Positions 41,435-51,372 of a stretch of DNA of 64,000 bases are shown one piece after another. The first letter of the stretch is position 1; each line of letters begins with the position of its first letter. The DNA is from an uncultured Gammaproteobacteria bacterium. Its GTDB lineage: Bacteria; Pseudomonadota; Gammaproteobacteria; Arenicellales; JAANXG01. The stretch covers positions 2,197-66,196 of the forward strand of contig CAMYNL010000009.1 in NCBI GenBank assembly GCA_947259705.1, given 5' to 3'. The position numbers were made by a program, and so were the translations under genes. The notes beneath the pieces were generated by a model that saw nothing but the letters and a program-made list of their open reading frames with translations, had not been told where the DNA came from and searched no databases.

Positions 41435-43855
41435 TCAGCTCCAAGCGGCGGTGAGCTCGCCACCGGATTGCTGGTAATAAGGCGCCCAGGCGATACCGAA
41501 AAGCTCGATCCGGATATCGCTGCTCTGGGCGCGAATCGCAATGGTTTCAAGCTCCTCAGACTGCGCATCCATGGCTGACTCGATGTTCGCTACTTCCTCG
41601 TCAAACTCCTCGCTGAGTTCCTCGAGCTGCTGCTTCACCGAGGTAACGATCTCCCGTGCGCGACCCACGTCACCGGCCTGCTTGCCGATGCGTCCGGCAC
41701 GCCGTGCCGCGGTGCCCACCTGCCGGGTGGAGGTGGCCGTCACGCGCTTGCGGCCGAGGAACGCACCCAGCACCGCGGTGCCCAGCGCAATGGCGGTATC
41801 CACCTTGCTTTGGGTTGCCTGCTCCTGCTCGGTCGCGAGCCGCTGTTCCGCCCGCAGCAGTCGTTGCTCAAGGCGCGACACCTTGGTTTCGTACTTACGG
41901 CGCAGTTTGCCGATCTGCATGTCCCGTTTTTCATGGGCGAGCAACTGCAGGCGGGCGCGGAACTCACCCTCAGATTCGCCGACCTCGGAAACTGCCTTGA
42001 AAGTCGGGCTCTTGAATAGTTCAAGCGTCCGATGGTTGCGGATCCAGCGCGCAAAGTCCTTGCTCCATCGGGCGTAACTCCTGGGATCTGCGGCCGCAGC
42101 CGCCGGCTCTGCGTAAGCGGCTTCCTCATGAGCTTCCTTTTCGACGTCCTCGGCGCGTACAGGGACGATCTCCGCGTGCTGCCAGTCCACCGGCACCGGT
42201 GCATCCCCTATCTCGGTCAGCGCCGTCAATACCCGCTGTGCATGAACGTCGAACTTCGCGCTGTTGTAGACCACTGACGCTGCCCCGAGGAGATAAGGGT
42301 GGTAGATCAGAGTGGCGCCGGCGGGCTGCGGGCGGGTCAACGGAAGATAGTATGCCGGTGTCTCCGGCGGCAGCATCGGCCGCTGCACGGTGCTGCTTGA
42401 GGCCGGTTGTTTCGGCAGCGGAGGCGGTACCTCATCTGCGGCGGCCGTGGTTCGCGAGCTGGAAACCAGGGTCTTGATCTGATCGCGCGTGAACGGCCCG
42501 GCCAGGTAGGACAGCACCCAGCGGGTGCTGAACACCACCGGCCGGTTTTCGTGCACGCTGTGCAACAGAAAGCGGCGCTTGCCCAATCCGGCGAGGATAC
42601 GCTCCATGCGTTGGCGATCGAAGTTCTCGCTGGCGGCGCCTTCGAGGCCTTCCATGACGCGGGACTTGTCGCGCTCGGTCTGCAGGCGGCCGATGAACCA
42701 GGTGCCGGCGTTGGACAGGGCCTTGTAGTCCAGGTCCACCGGGTTCTGGGTCGCCAGCGCCAGGCCCAGGCCGTAGGCGCGCGCCTGCTTCAGCAGCGTG
42801 AGGAACAGGGCCTTGCTCGGGGGGTTGGCCGTGGGCGGCAGGTAGCCGAAGATCTCGTCCATGTAGAGGATGGCGCGCAGGCTGCCGGTGCCGGGCTGCC
42901 GCCGCATCCAGCTCACGATCTCGTTGAGCAGCATGGTGACGAAGAACATGCGTTCACTGTCTGACAAATGGGCGATGGACACCACCGACACCCGTGGTTG
43001 TCCCGACTGCGTGTACAGCAGCTTCGCGGCGTCCAGCGCCTCACCCTCCATCCAGACGTCGAAGCCCGGGGCAGCGAGAAGGTTGTTGAACCGCATGGCC
43101 AGCGCATAGCGCTCCTTGGGAGGGTAAAAGGCGTCCAGGGTCATGACGCCGACGCGCTCCATGGCCGGTTGCTGTATGGCCGCGATCAGGCCCCCTATGT
43201 CCAGGTCCCCGCCCTGGTCCCACGTGTGCTGCAGGATGTTCGACAACAGGATGTGATCGCGGCTGGTCAGCGGATCAGCGTCCAGGTCCAGCAGCGCCAG
43301 GATGCTGGTGGCGGTGGCCCCGATGCGTTCGCGGAAAAGGTCCTTGTCCTCGCGGATGTATTGGGGCGGGGCATTGAACGAACGCAGTACGGATATAGGC
43401 AGGCCGGCCGAACTGCCCGGTGTGTAGATGGCCATGTCCACGGTGTCCCGCAGCCTGCCGATGCGCTCCGCGTCCTGTCCCCATTGCTTGAGTCCCTTGG
43501 CCCACAGGGCGGCCTGGTCCCGCGCATATTCCGCTACCGTCCTTCCCTGGTTGGCGGCGTCCTGGGCATTGACCCAGGGTTCGAAATCCGCCGGTGCCAG
43601 GCGCGGAAAAGTGAGCAGGATGTTGCCGAGATCACCCTTGGGGTCGATGGCGATGACCGGGATCTTGTCGATAGCGGCCTCCTCCAGCAGACCGATACCG
43701 AGGCCGGTCTTGCCGCTGCCGGTCATGCCGATAATGACGGCATGGGTGGTCAGGTCCTTGGAGTCGTAGAGAACGAGCTCCTCGGTGGCCCGGTCCTTGT
43801 CGATATCGTAAACCTTGCCGAGGTAGAACGCGCCGAGCTTCTCGAAATCTTCCAT
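41435..43855 (-). CDS. Large HerA/FtsK-like P-loop ATPase with C-terminal coiled coil
   Basis: Trimmed to MEDFEKLGAFYLGKVYD (806 aa). Walker A GMTGSGKTG, Walker B ILYMDEIFGY, ATQNPVDLDYKALSNAGTWFIGRLQTERDK. Long coiled-coil and TM-like C-terminal third. Confidence 0.75.
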   Translation of the reverse strand: MEDFEKLGAFYLGKVYDIDKDRATEELVLYDSKDLTTHAVIIGMTGSGKTGLGIGLLEEAAIDKIPVIAIDPKGDLGNILLTFPRLAPADFEPWVNAQDAANQGRTVAEYARDQAALWAKGLKQWGQDAERIGRLRDTVDMAIYTPGSSAGLPISVLRSFNAPPQYIREDKDLFRERIGATATSILALLDLDADPLTSRDHILLSNILQHTWDQGGDLDIGGLIAAIQQPAMERVGVMTLDAFYPPKERYALAMRFNNLLAAPGFDVWMEGEALDAAKLLYTQSGQPRVSVVSIAHLSDSERMFFVTMLLNEIVSWMRRQPGTGSLRAILYMDEIFGYLPPTANPPSKALFLTLLKQARAYGLGLALATQNPVDLDYKALSNAGTWFIGRLQTERDKSRVMEGLEGAASENFDRQRMERILAGLGKRRFLLHSVHENRPVVFSTRWVLSYLAGPFTRDQIKTLVSSSRTTAAADEVPPPLPKQPASSSTVQRPMLPPETPAYYLPLTRPQPAGATLIYHPYLLGAASVVYNSAKFDVHAQRVLTALTEIGDAPVPVDWQHAEIVPVRAEDVEKEAHEEAAYAEPAAAAADPRSYARWSKDFARWIRNHRTLELFKSPTFKAVSEVGESEGEFRARLQLLAHEKRDMQIGKLRRKYETKVSRLEQRLLRAEQRLATEQEQATQSKVDTAIALGTAVLGAFLGRKRVTATSTRQVGTAARRAGRIGKQAGDVGRAREIVTSVKQQLEELSEEFDEEVANIESAMDAQSEELETIAIRAQSSDIRIELFGIAWAPYYQQSGGELTAAWS

Positions 43856-43995
43856 CGGATATCTTCGCCATGGGGAGACAGGGGCATTGTAATCCACCGC
43901 CGGGGACCGTTGAACACGGATGCACCGGCTGCGTCGGGTCGTGTCGTCGCGCCGCCACCCGTCAATCACCCTGCTGACGGCGACGGCTTCAGCGG

Positions 43996-44553
43996 CTAGA
44001 AAAGCTTGCGCGCCATGTCGAACAGGTCATCGGCCACTGACCCGTCCCCGTCCATGTCCAGAAAGGAAGAAAGTCCGCCGAGCGCATCGCTGCCGCTCCC
44101 GGCACCCGGGCCGGACTGCAAGTCGCTGGCGCTACCGCGCTTGCTGAGGGCGCCCATGGCCATCCCCGCGATGATGGGCAGCATCTGCCTGAGGACGCCC
44201 GGATCGACTCCGCTCGTGGTCGACGCCCGCCCGGCAACCTCGCGGCTGACGTCCTTGCTGCCGAAGATGTGGCCGAGGATACCGTTACCATTCTCTACCG
44301 CCTGCGGGTCGCGCAGGATCGCCAGGTCATCGATGTAACGGCCATGGTCGCCGCTGGCCAGCGCCCCGGCCAGCGATTCCCTGCCCGCGCGCGAAGCCAT
44401 CTCGCGCTTCAGGCCCTGCGAGACCGCAGGGAGCAGGCTGCCCACCGCGCCACCCGCCTGAGCCTTGCTCAAGCCGAACTGGTTCGCCAGTCCCTCCAGC
44501 AGCTGGCCGTTTTGTGCACCAAGGATCTCTTCCAGTATGTTCATGAGAGTCAT
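43996..44553 (-). CDS. DUF937 family protein
   Basis: 185 aa; MNILEEILGAQNGQLLEGLANQFGLSKAQAGGAVGSLLPAV... and ILGHIFG... pattern recalled for DUF937/YidB-like proteins. Confidence 0.65.
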   Translation of the reverse strand: MTLMNILEEILGAQNGQLLEGLANQFGLSKAQAGGAVGSLLPAVSQGLKREMASRAGRESLAGALASGDHGRYIDDLAILRDPQAVENGNGILGHIFGSKDVSREVAGRASTTSGVDPGVLRQMLPIIAGMAMGALSKRGSASDLQSGPGAGSGSDALGGLSSFLDMDGDGSVADDLFDMARKLF

Positions 44554-44820
44554 GTCTCCGGTATTGATCGAGGTTCGGGAGGCGTAAGGTCCGTCGCAGA
44601 TGGAATCGATCCGGGTCCGTGACGACCTTGCGCTCGGCCTCGAGGTTCGTAGGGCGTTTCACGACGTCGCCGCGAAACGATTTGGCGGTCTTGGACAGAC
44701 TGTCGCTGCTGTCGACCGCTCGGAACTGCGTCTCCCGGGGATGAAATCGGTCGCCGATTCGACACCCGGGGCTTGCCGCACCGTCAGGCTGGTCGCCGCT
44801 GCCGCTGTGCCTGGGGGTAT

Positions 44821-45111
44821 TCAAGCGGTCCGGGTCCGATGCGCGCGCTTTTGTTGTTTCCAGCCGGCAGTGCCGACTCCCGCGTCTGGCGGCCCGGGCG
44901 TCGCGTTTCCCCCACCGGGCAGTGCAGTGCTCGAAGCCCGGCTCAGGCCGGTGATCCGGTCGAAAAGCACCTTCCGCAGGTGTTTTCGAACATCGCTCAC
45001 CGGCCAACCGCCAACCATGCTGCCGCCGACGTCACCGGTAAAGTCGAACGTCCCCGTCGCCGATCCAATGCCTGCAGCGGGTGTAGAGGGTGCGGCGGCA
45101 ACGGCAGCCAA
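44821..45111 (-). CDS. Hypothetical small protein (weak call)
   Basis: 96-aa ORF with TTG start, 10 nt after the DUF4332 stop. Third-position GC is only about 68% by hand count, and the C-terminal half is low-complexity. Confidence 0.25.
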   Translation of the reverse strand: MAAVAAAPSTPAAGIGSATGTFDFTGDVGGSMVGGWPVSDVRKHLRKVLFDRITGLSRASSTALPGGGNATPGPPDAGVGTAGWKQQKRAHRTRTA

Positions 45112-45120
45112 GACGCGGGA

Positions 45121-45528
45121 TCAGTAGCTGATCACGGGTTGCAGCTTCTTGGCCTGGGCGACCCAATCCGCCACCATCTTTTCGCTGGGGACCTGGCGCA
45201 CCAGTCGCTTCCTGGTGTTGGTATCTCGCATCGCCGCGACAAGCTTGTCAGGCCGTCGGTTGCGCAGTTCCTTGACCGTGTCGACGCCCGCGGCCTCCAG
45301 CAGTTCGGCGTACTGGGTGGCGACGCCCTTGATGCGGAACAGGTCCGCCATATTGACACAGCGCAGTACGATGGATTCGTTGATGCCGGCCCTGGCCGCG
45401 ATATCCTTACGCGTTTTTCGGGTGGCGGCGTCCTGAAGCAACTTCGCCGGACTGCCGCAGCCGATGGCCCGGAGCTTGGCGCCATACTTTGGCCCAATGC
45501 CTTCTATTGCCTCGATCGATTTTGCCAT
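45121..45528 (-). CDS. DUF4332 family protein
   Basis: 135 aa; MAKSIEAIEGIGPKYGAKL...IKGVATQYAELLEAAGVDTVKELR: two helix-hairpin-helix-like repeats typical of DUF4332. Confidence 0.7.
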   Translation of the reverse strand: MAKSIEAIEGIGPKYGAKLRAIGCGSPAKLLQDAATRKTRKDIAARAGINESIVLRCVNMADLFRIKGVATQYAELLEAAGVDTVKELRNRRPDKLVAAMRDTNTRKRLVRQVPSEKMVADWVAQAKKLQPVISY

Positions 45529-45872
45529 GGTTGGATCCCCGTTGGTTGTTTCAGCACTGTTATTGTGGTTCGTTCACGGCGCATGCCGCCGCTGACTCCA
45601 AAGCGCATGGTACCGCCTTTTTCTATGACTGGCGATGGTTCCCATGGTCCGTATCGCCCGCCGTCGCCGCGGCCACGCTGGCTTGCCATGGCAGGCGCCG
45701 CGGGGTAGAGGGCGATAACGCAGCAGTTTCATATTTCCATGGCAGTTGCTACAGTCGATTATGCTGCGGCACCGGACTTGTCGCGGGCGGTTCGTGGCCA
45801 CGGGCCACGCCACCGGGGCGCAGCGGAGACCAGCCGATGCAGCCGGCCTGACAATTATCAGGATGCACGACC

Positions 45873-46427
45873 ATGACCAGCGAGCAAATGGCGCGGCACT
45901 TTGCCGCCATCATTGAAGGAATCGGGGAGAACCTGGAACGCGACGGATTGCGTGACACTCCCTTGCGTGCCTCCAAGGCGCTTCATTATCTTACCCGCGG
46001 CTATCAGCAGACCGTGGACAGCGTGGTGAACAACGCGATCTTCGAGTCGAAGGATGCGCAGATGGTGCTGGTGAAAGACATAGAGCTTTACTCCCTGTGC
46101 GAACATCACCTACTGCCTTTCATAGGCCGCTGTCATGTGGCGTATATACCCGACGGCAAGGTCATCGGCCTGTCGAAGATTGCCCGTATCGTAGACATGT
46201 TCGCACGCCGACTGCAGATCCAGGAGTCCCTGACCACCCAGATTGCGGATGTGATCATGAACATCACCGGGGCCAAGGGGGTCGGTGTGGTGATCGAGGC
46301 AAAGCACCTGTGCATGATGATGCGCGGCGTCGAGAAGCAGAACTCGACCATGAAGACTTCCATGATGCTGGGAATATTCAGGGAGGATCACCGCACCCGG
46401 ACCGAGTTCCTGCGGCTGATCGACTGA
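45873..46427 (+). CDS. folE: GTP cyclohydrolase I
   Basis: 184 aa; [12 protein letters not shown] and LQIQESLT motifs. Confidence 0.95.
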   Translation: MTSEQMARHFAAIIEGIGENLERDGLRDTPLRASKALHYLTRGYQQTVDSVVNNAIFESKDAQMVLVKDIELYSLCEHHLLPFIGRCHVAYIPDGKVIGLSKIARIVDMFARRLQIQESLTTQIADVIMNITGAKGVGVVIEAKHLCMMMRGVEKQNSTMKTSMMLGIFREDHRTRTEFLRLID

Positions 46428-46705
46428 GCGGCCGTAGAGGCTGGCCAGGGTGAGAAAGGGCGGAATTCGGCAACTGGGGGCGCGCCAATCCAACCCGCAC
46501 CCCTGTGTCGCGGCGGTGGCGGTACGTGCCCCGACCAAGCTTTGACGCCCCGCGCCGACCGCTCGAGGCCGCCCGGCAGGTGTCCGTAACCGTGCTTGTT
46601 GATTGGTAAGTCTTCGGTGGCCTGCTATTCTTGTACCGATAAGGTCCCGCGCAGGAATTGCCGGAGATGGCAATGGTTTCCCGGCTGCAATTTTAGGAGT
46701 AAGGG

Positions 46706-48001
46706 GTGTTGCTACCGAGTTTAGTATCAGAGGTTGCTGAGTCGCTGTTATGCGCGTTGCCCGAGGAGTTTGACCAGCGAATCCGCGACGTAATGTACCA
46801 GGTTGCCTCCGCGACCCAGGATCAGGGCGTGTTTCTTGTCCACTTTCAAGGAGAAACCGGCCGCTCGTTGTTCCTCGAGTGTCGCGGTGGCGCGGACAAC
46901 AGCCGGGATCCGATCGAACTCAGTCTCCCGCACACCACCTTCTCGACCTGGCTGCCTCGTGTCTATGCTTTGGAGCCGATCTACATCGAGGACGCGGCAA
47001 AGCACCATATCCATTCCAAGCCGACGCAGCGCTTCCTACGCCAGAATCAGTTCAAGTCCCTGATGATAGTGCCCCTCAACTGCCGGGGCTTCGCGGTGGG
47101 ATTCTTCGGCCTGGCGACGCGCGAGCATACCAAGGTCTGGGACGAGCCCGTCCGGGACGAACTGATGCGTCTTGGGGGGGTGCTCGGAAATGTATTCGAC
47201 CGGGACCACATGGAGCGTCATTTTGGGCGCCTCATCCGGTCGCGGCGCGAGACCCGCAGGCGCGAGGTGGAAGTGCAGGAACAGGAGCGGCGATACCTGG
47301 CGCGCGAACTGCATGACCAGATCGGGCAGCTTCTGACCGCAATAAAGACTGAGGCAGCCTTGATTGCCGGCAAACGCGATGTCGAGGAGCCTATACTCAA
47401 GCACGCGCAGGCCATACAGCAGCAGGTGAACCAGATTTATGATTCCATTCACGATCTCATCAGCCGGCTGCGCTCGACGGTACTGGATCAGCTCGGACTG
47501 GAAGGCGCGGTACGCAGCTACCTGATGGACTCCACCGTGGCTAAACTGGGGATCAGGTATGACGTCGATATGAGCGGCGACATGGAAGGCGTGGAGGACG
47601 CAGTGGAGATGACATTGTTTCGTATCTTCCAGGAATGCATTACCAATGTGGCGCGCCACTCTCGGGCGAAAAACGTGTCAGTCATCCTGGAACGCGGATG
47701 CGTACCGATCGAGGATCGTCGCACTCGCTACCGGGGTATCGACGGGGAGCGCAAGAAGGAGATACTTAGGCAGGATTTCGTGCGCCTGGTGGTGCGTGAC
47801 GATGGCTGCGGATTTGACGCGGAGAACATGGCGCCGGGAATGGGAATCATGGGAATGGCAGAACGCATACAGGCGATAGGGGGCCACTTGGACGTCAAGT
47901 CCGAGCCGGGATTCGGAACGACGGTCACTTCGATGGTGAACCTTGCGGTGATTGTACAAACAGAGATCGAGCGGGGAGCTGAAAATGAACATCATGGCTG
48001 A
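46706..48001 (+). CDS. GAF-domain sensor histidine kinase (HisKA_3, NarX/LiaS type)
   Basis: 431 aa, GTG start with AGGAG RBS; GAF-like N-half; H-box ARELHDQIGQLLTA; HATPase N/G boxes (ECITNVARHS; DDGCGFD; GMGIMGMAERI). Confidence 0.88.
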   Translation: MLLPSLVSEVAESLLCALPEEFDQRIRDVMYQVASATQDQGVFLVHFQGETGRSLFLECRGGADNSRDPIELSLPHTTFSTWLPRVYALEPIYIEDAAKHHIHSKPTQRFLRQNQFKSLMIVPLNCRGFAVGFFGLATREHTKVWDEPVRDELMRLGGVLGNVFDRDHMERHFGRLIRSRRETRRREVEVQEQERRYLARELHDQIGQLLTAIKTEAALIAGKRDVEEPILKHAQAIQQQVNQIYDSIHDLISRLRSTVLDQLGLEGAVRSYLMDSTVAKLGIRYDVDMSGDMEGVEDAVEMTLFRIFQECITNVARHSRAKNVSVILERGCVPIEDRRTRYRGIDGERKKEILRQDFVRLVVRDDGCGFDAENMAPGMGIMGMAERIQAIGGHLDVKSEPGFGTTVTSMVNLAVIVQTEIERGAENEHHG

Positions 48002-48653
48002 GTCAGCCGAAAACTCACGGGTGTTGTTGGTCGACGACCACAGTGTGGTGCGAGCGGGCTTTCGCATGTTGCTGGACGAACAGACGGATTTTGAAGTTGC
48101 CGAGGCGGAAAGCGGCGAGGAGGCCTGTGAGTGGATCCGGAACAACGACGCCGACGTAGTGGTGATGGATATCGCCATGCCGGGTATGGGAGGACTGGAA
48201 GCCATGCGTCGCATCCTGGTGCACAAACCGGAGACCCACATCCTGGTCCTGAGCATGTTCGAGGATGACGTATTCCCTATGCGGGCGCTGTCCGCGGGTG
48301 CAAGCGGGTTCATCAGCAAGCGGGTGGCGCCCGATGTGCTGATCGAGGCGATCAACACGGTGCTGCGCGGAGAGAAATACCTGACGCCGGAGACGGCCAC
48401 TCGTCTCGCCTCCAAGCGTTTTTCCAAGTCCGACGACCCGATCTCAGAACTGTCCGAGCGTGAATTCGAGATCGGCTTCCGCCTGTCAGAAGGAGAAAGT
48501 GTCTCCGAGATAGCGGATGTGCTCAGCCTGAGCGTTAAAACAGTGTCCAACCACCGCTTGAATATCCTGCGCAAACTGGGCGCAAAAAACGCGGTGGAGC
48601 TGGCGCACCTGTTTATGAGCCACGGAATCGCTAACAAGAAGCCCGCGGACTGA
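47985..48653 (+). CDS. LuxR/NarL-family response regulator
   Basis: Trimmed to MNIMAESAENSRVLLVDDHSVVRAGF; receiver Asp (VVVMDIAMPGMGG); C-terminal LuxR HTH (LSEREFEI...SVKTVSNHRLNILRKLG). Confidence 0.9.
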   Translation: MNIMAESAENSRVLLVDDHSVVRAGFRMLLDEQTDFEVAEAESGEEACEWIRNNDADVVVMDIAMPGMGGLEAMRRILVHKPETHILVLSMFEDDVFPMRALSAGASGFISKRVAPDVLIEAINTVLRGEKYLTPETATRLASKRFSKSDDPISELSEREFEIGFRLSEGESVSEIADVLSLSVKTVSNHRLNILRKLGAKNAVELAHLFMSHGIANKKPAD

Positions 48654-48662
48654 AGCGGCGGA

Positions 48663-49298
48663 TCAGGTGCCGCGCTCCGCCGCCGCCTTGTCAACGAGGA
48701 AATTCACCAGCTCCATCAGCGCCTGTGGGCCGCCGGCGCTCGACATTGAAGCACGATATCGACCGTCCACCACGAAGGTCGGCACACCGGTGGCGTCATA
48801 TCGCCCTGATACCAGTTGCGAGTGGCGCGTCTTGCTGTCCACGGCAAAGGAGTTATAGGCACTGTCGAACCTATCCCGCGGGATATTGTAGCGCCCCGCA
48901 AACTCGGCTACCTGGTCCAGGTTGCGCATTGGTTTTCTGCGGACGTGAATCTCGTCAAAAAACGTCGAATGCAGCGAGTCCACGGCGCCAAGCGCTTCGA
49001 AGGTGTAGTAGACCCGGGCGTGGAATCCCCAGCTGGGATTGAGCACCGCGGGCAGCCGGACGTACTCCGCGTTGTCGGGTATACCGTTTTCGAGCCAGCG
49101 CTCGATCACCGGTTCCAGCCTGAAACAGTGGGGGCAGCCGTACCAGAACAGTTCCAGCACTTCGATCTTGTCACCGGTCTGCACCGGTTGCGGTGACATG
49201 ACCTCGAAGTAATGCACTCCCTGCTCGAAGTTTGCGGCTCGAACCGCGCCGGTGATCACCGACGTCGCCATGATCAGTGCCAAAACTGCCTTCTTCAT
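48663..49298 (-). CDS. dsbA: Thiol:disulfide interchange protein DsbA
   Basis: 211 aa; signal peptide; FWYGCPHCF active site. Confidence 0.92.
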   Translation of the reverse strand: MKKAVLALIMATSVITGAVRAANFEQGVHYFEVMSPQPVQTGDKIEVLELFWYGCPHCFRLEPVIERWLENGIPDNAEYVRLPAVLNPSWGFHARVYYTFEALGAVDSLHSTFFDEIHVRRKPMRNLDQVAEFAGRYNIPRDRFDSAYNSFAVDSKTRHSQLVSGRYDATGVPTFVVDGRYRASMSSAGGPQALMELVNFLVDKAAAERGT

Positions 49299-49349
49299 TT
49301 CAATTTCTCCTGCAATACATGATGTTCAGACTATCGGAAACGCTTGTGT

Positions 49350-50741
49350 TCACGCAACCGGCTGTTTGCAATCCTGTCGCAGTCGCTGCAGCAACCGCTG
49401 ATGAATGCCGCCGAATGCGCCGTTGCTCATGATGACTATGTGGTCACCGCGTCGCGTTATGCGGATCGCTTGCTCGATCAGATCCGGCACCGAGTCAAGC
49501 ACCTGCGTTCGGTCGTCATTCAAAGATTCTGCGTCCCACTGCAGGCTTTCGGGCCGGTAGATCAGCACACGGTCCGCTTCCGCGAGTGAACCGGCGAGCG
49601 ATTCCCGATGCGCACCCATCCTCATGGAATTGGAACGGGGCTCCAGGAGGCAGACGATCCGGGACCCGTCCACGCGGGCCCTGAGCGCCGCCAGTGTCTC
49701 CTTGATCGCGGTCGGGTGGTGCGCGAAGTCGTCATAGACCTTGATTCCCCTCACGTCTCCGATCAGTTCCAACCTCCGTTTAACCGAGGCGAACCCCGGC
49801 AGCGCCGCCACCGCAGCGCCGGGACTGACGCCGGCATGATGGGCGGCCGCAATGGCGGCCAGCGCGTTCAACATGTTGTGGCGTCCGACCAACCGCCAGT
49901 CGGCCTGCCAGCTTCGACCTGCGCCGTTGGAGATATCGAAGCGGGAACAGTCCGCAGCACGCGGGATGCCCAGCCATGTGGACTTCCCGATGTCGATGAT
50001 AGCGGAATCCGCGGCGAAGTAGATCACGTCGCTCCAGTACCCCATGCCCATGACCTCGGCCAGGTTCGCGTCCTCGCCGTTCACAATGAGACACCCGCGA
50101 CCGGGGACGGTTCTCACCAGGTGGTGAAACTGGGTCTTGATCTCGTCTAGATCCTTGAATATGTCAGCATGGTCGAACTCGAGATTGTTCAACACCAGGG
50201 TGCGCGGATGGTAATGCACGAACTTGGAGCGTTTGTCGAAGAATGCAGTGTCGTACTCATCGGCCTCGACCACGAACGCAGGCCCCGATCCAAGCCGCGC
50301 CGAATGGCCGAAGTTCTCCGGCACGCCGCCGATCAGAAAACCGGGCTCCAGCCCGGCGTGATCCAGGATCCAGGCCAGCAGGCTCGCGGTGGTGGTCTTG
50401 CCGTGGGTTCCGGATACCGCCAGGACCCAGCGGCGCTGCAGTACCCGCTCCGCCAGCCACTGCGCTCCGGAGGTATACGGCAAATCGTTGTTCAGCACAG
50501 CCTCCACGCAGGGGTTTCCCCGCGACAGCGCATTGCCGATGATCACCAGGTCCGGGCCGAAGCGCAGCATCTGCTCCGCCGCATAGCCTTCGTGCAGCTC
50601 GACGTCCAGCTCGGCCAGCTGGGTACTCATGGGTGGGTACACCTGCGCGTCACAGCCGCCGACGGTGAACTCCAGCTGCCGCGCCAGGCGCGCGATGCCG
50701 CCCATGAAGGTGCCGCAGATCCCGAGTATGTACAAGCGCAT
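49350..50741 (-). CDS. mpl: UDP-MurNAc:L-Ala-gamma-D-Glu-meso-DAP ligase (murein peptide ligase)
   Basis: Trimmed to MRLYILGICGTFMGGIARLARQL; Mur ligase P-loop SGTHGKTTT; ATGA overlap with the upstream gene. Confidence 0.88.
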   Translation of the reverse strand: MRLYILGICGTFMGGIARLARQLEFTVGGCDAQVYPPMSTQLAELDVELHEGYAAEQMLRFGPDLVIIGNALSRGNPCVEAVLNNDLPYTSGAQWLAERVLQRRWVLAVSGTHGKTTTASLLAWILDHAGLEPGFLIGGVPENFGHSARLGSGPAFVVEADEYDTAFFDKRSKFVHYHPRTLVLNNLEFDHADIFKDLDEIKTQFHHLVRTVPGRGCLIVNGEDANLAEVMGMGYWSDVIYFAADSAIIDIGKSTWLGIPRAADCSRFDISNGAGRSWQADWRLVGRHNMLNALAAIAAAHHAGVSPGAAVAALPGFASVKRRLELIGDVRGIKVYDDFAHHPTAIKETLAALRARVDGSRIVCLLEPRSNSMRMGAHRESLAGSLAEADRVLIYRPESLQWDAESLNDDRTQVLDSVPDLIEQAIRITRRGDHIVIMSNGAFGGIHQRLLQRLRQDCKQPVA

Positions 50742-51274
50742 CAGCCGAGGAAGCTCAGAAACAGGAGCAGCAGCACGGAAGTGAAAATCCAGCAACCGAT
50801 GGTAAACAGTACCCCGAGGCCCATACGTACCTCCAGCGCCTCCTTGAATATGTGCGCGAAAATCAGCAGCAGCCAGACCCGCAGGCCAAGAAGTAACAGG
50901 GTCGGGGTATTGGCGGCGGCGGTCCCCTGGGCATTCACCATCCACTGAGATACCGGCCACATGGCCAACTGCACCAGGGTGTTGCCTGCGAACATCGCGG
51001 AAAGGGTCTGACAAAAGCGTTCGGATTTGAGGGCCAGGCGCAGAATCAGCCAGATGGTCAGCGCAAAGAAAGCATGCTCTGCGATGGCCAGGGGCACGAT
51101 GGGAATCTCCTGTCCGACGACCTGGGTAAGTTGCGAACCCACAACCTCCAGAGCCAGCACGTAGGAGAGCGTGGAGGCGCTCGCCAGCAGCCCGAGCAGC
51201 GCCCAGGAGTATGGCAGGTCCTGCGGTTTGGCCTGTAACAGCGCCAGGTCCACGATGGTCTTCAAGGGATTCAC
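50741..51274 (-). CDS. Hypothetical integral membrane protein
   Basis: Hydrophobic 4-5 TM ORF coupled to mpl. Start uncertain (GTG 51274 proposed; the ORF-track start at 51373 would collide with rnd). Confidence 0.5.
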   Translation of the reverse strand: MNPLKTIVDLALLQAKPQDLPYSWALLGLLASASTLSYVLALEVVGSQLTQVVGQEIPIVPLAIAEHAFFALTIWLILRLALKSERFCQTLSAMFAGNTLVQLAMWPVSQWMVNAQGTAAANTPTLLLLGLRVWLLLIFAHIFKEALEVRMGLGVLFTIGCWIFTSVLLLLFLSFLG

Positions 51275-51372
51275 GGATCGGTTCCGCCGCGGCGATGCAT
51301 GGGGTACGAGGGCCGGATCATAGCAATCGTTGCGATCCCGCTCCAATACGGCGCCGGGGCCGAATTGGTACA

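Noticed and set aside
44327-45007. 226-aa minus-strand ORF and the 175-aa and 311-aa plus-strand ORFs in the DUF937-DUF4332 interval.
   Set aside because: They overlap the well-supported DUF937 and DUF4332 genes in other frames and have Arg/Pro/Gly-rich, motif-free products. Only the 96-aa ORF was kept, as a low-confidence call.
46478-46487. GGGCGCGCCA matches the 3' end of tRNA-Arg (39440-39449) and could be an attR-like repeat bounding an island.
   Set aside because: Only 10 GC-rich nucleotides match, which is plausible by chance in 64 kb of GC-rich DNA. There is also no integrase, excisionase or mobility gene in between.
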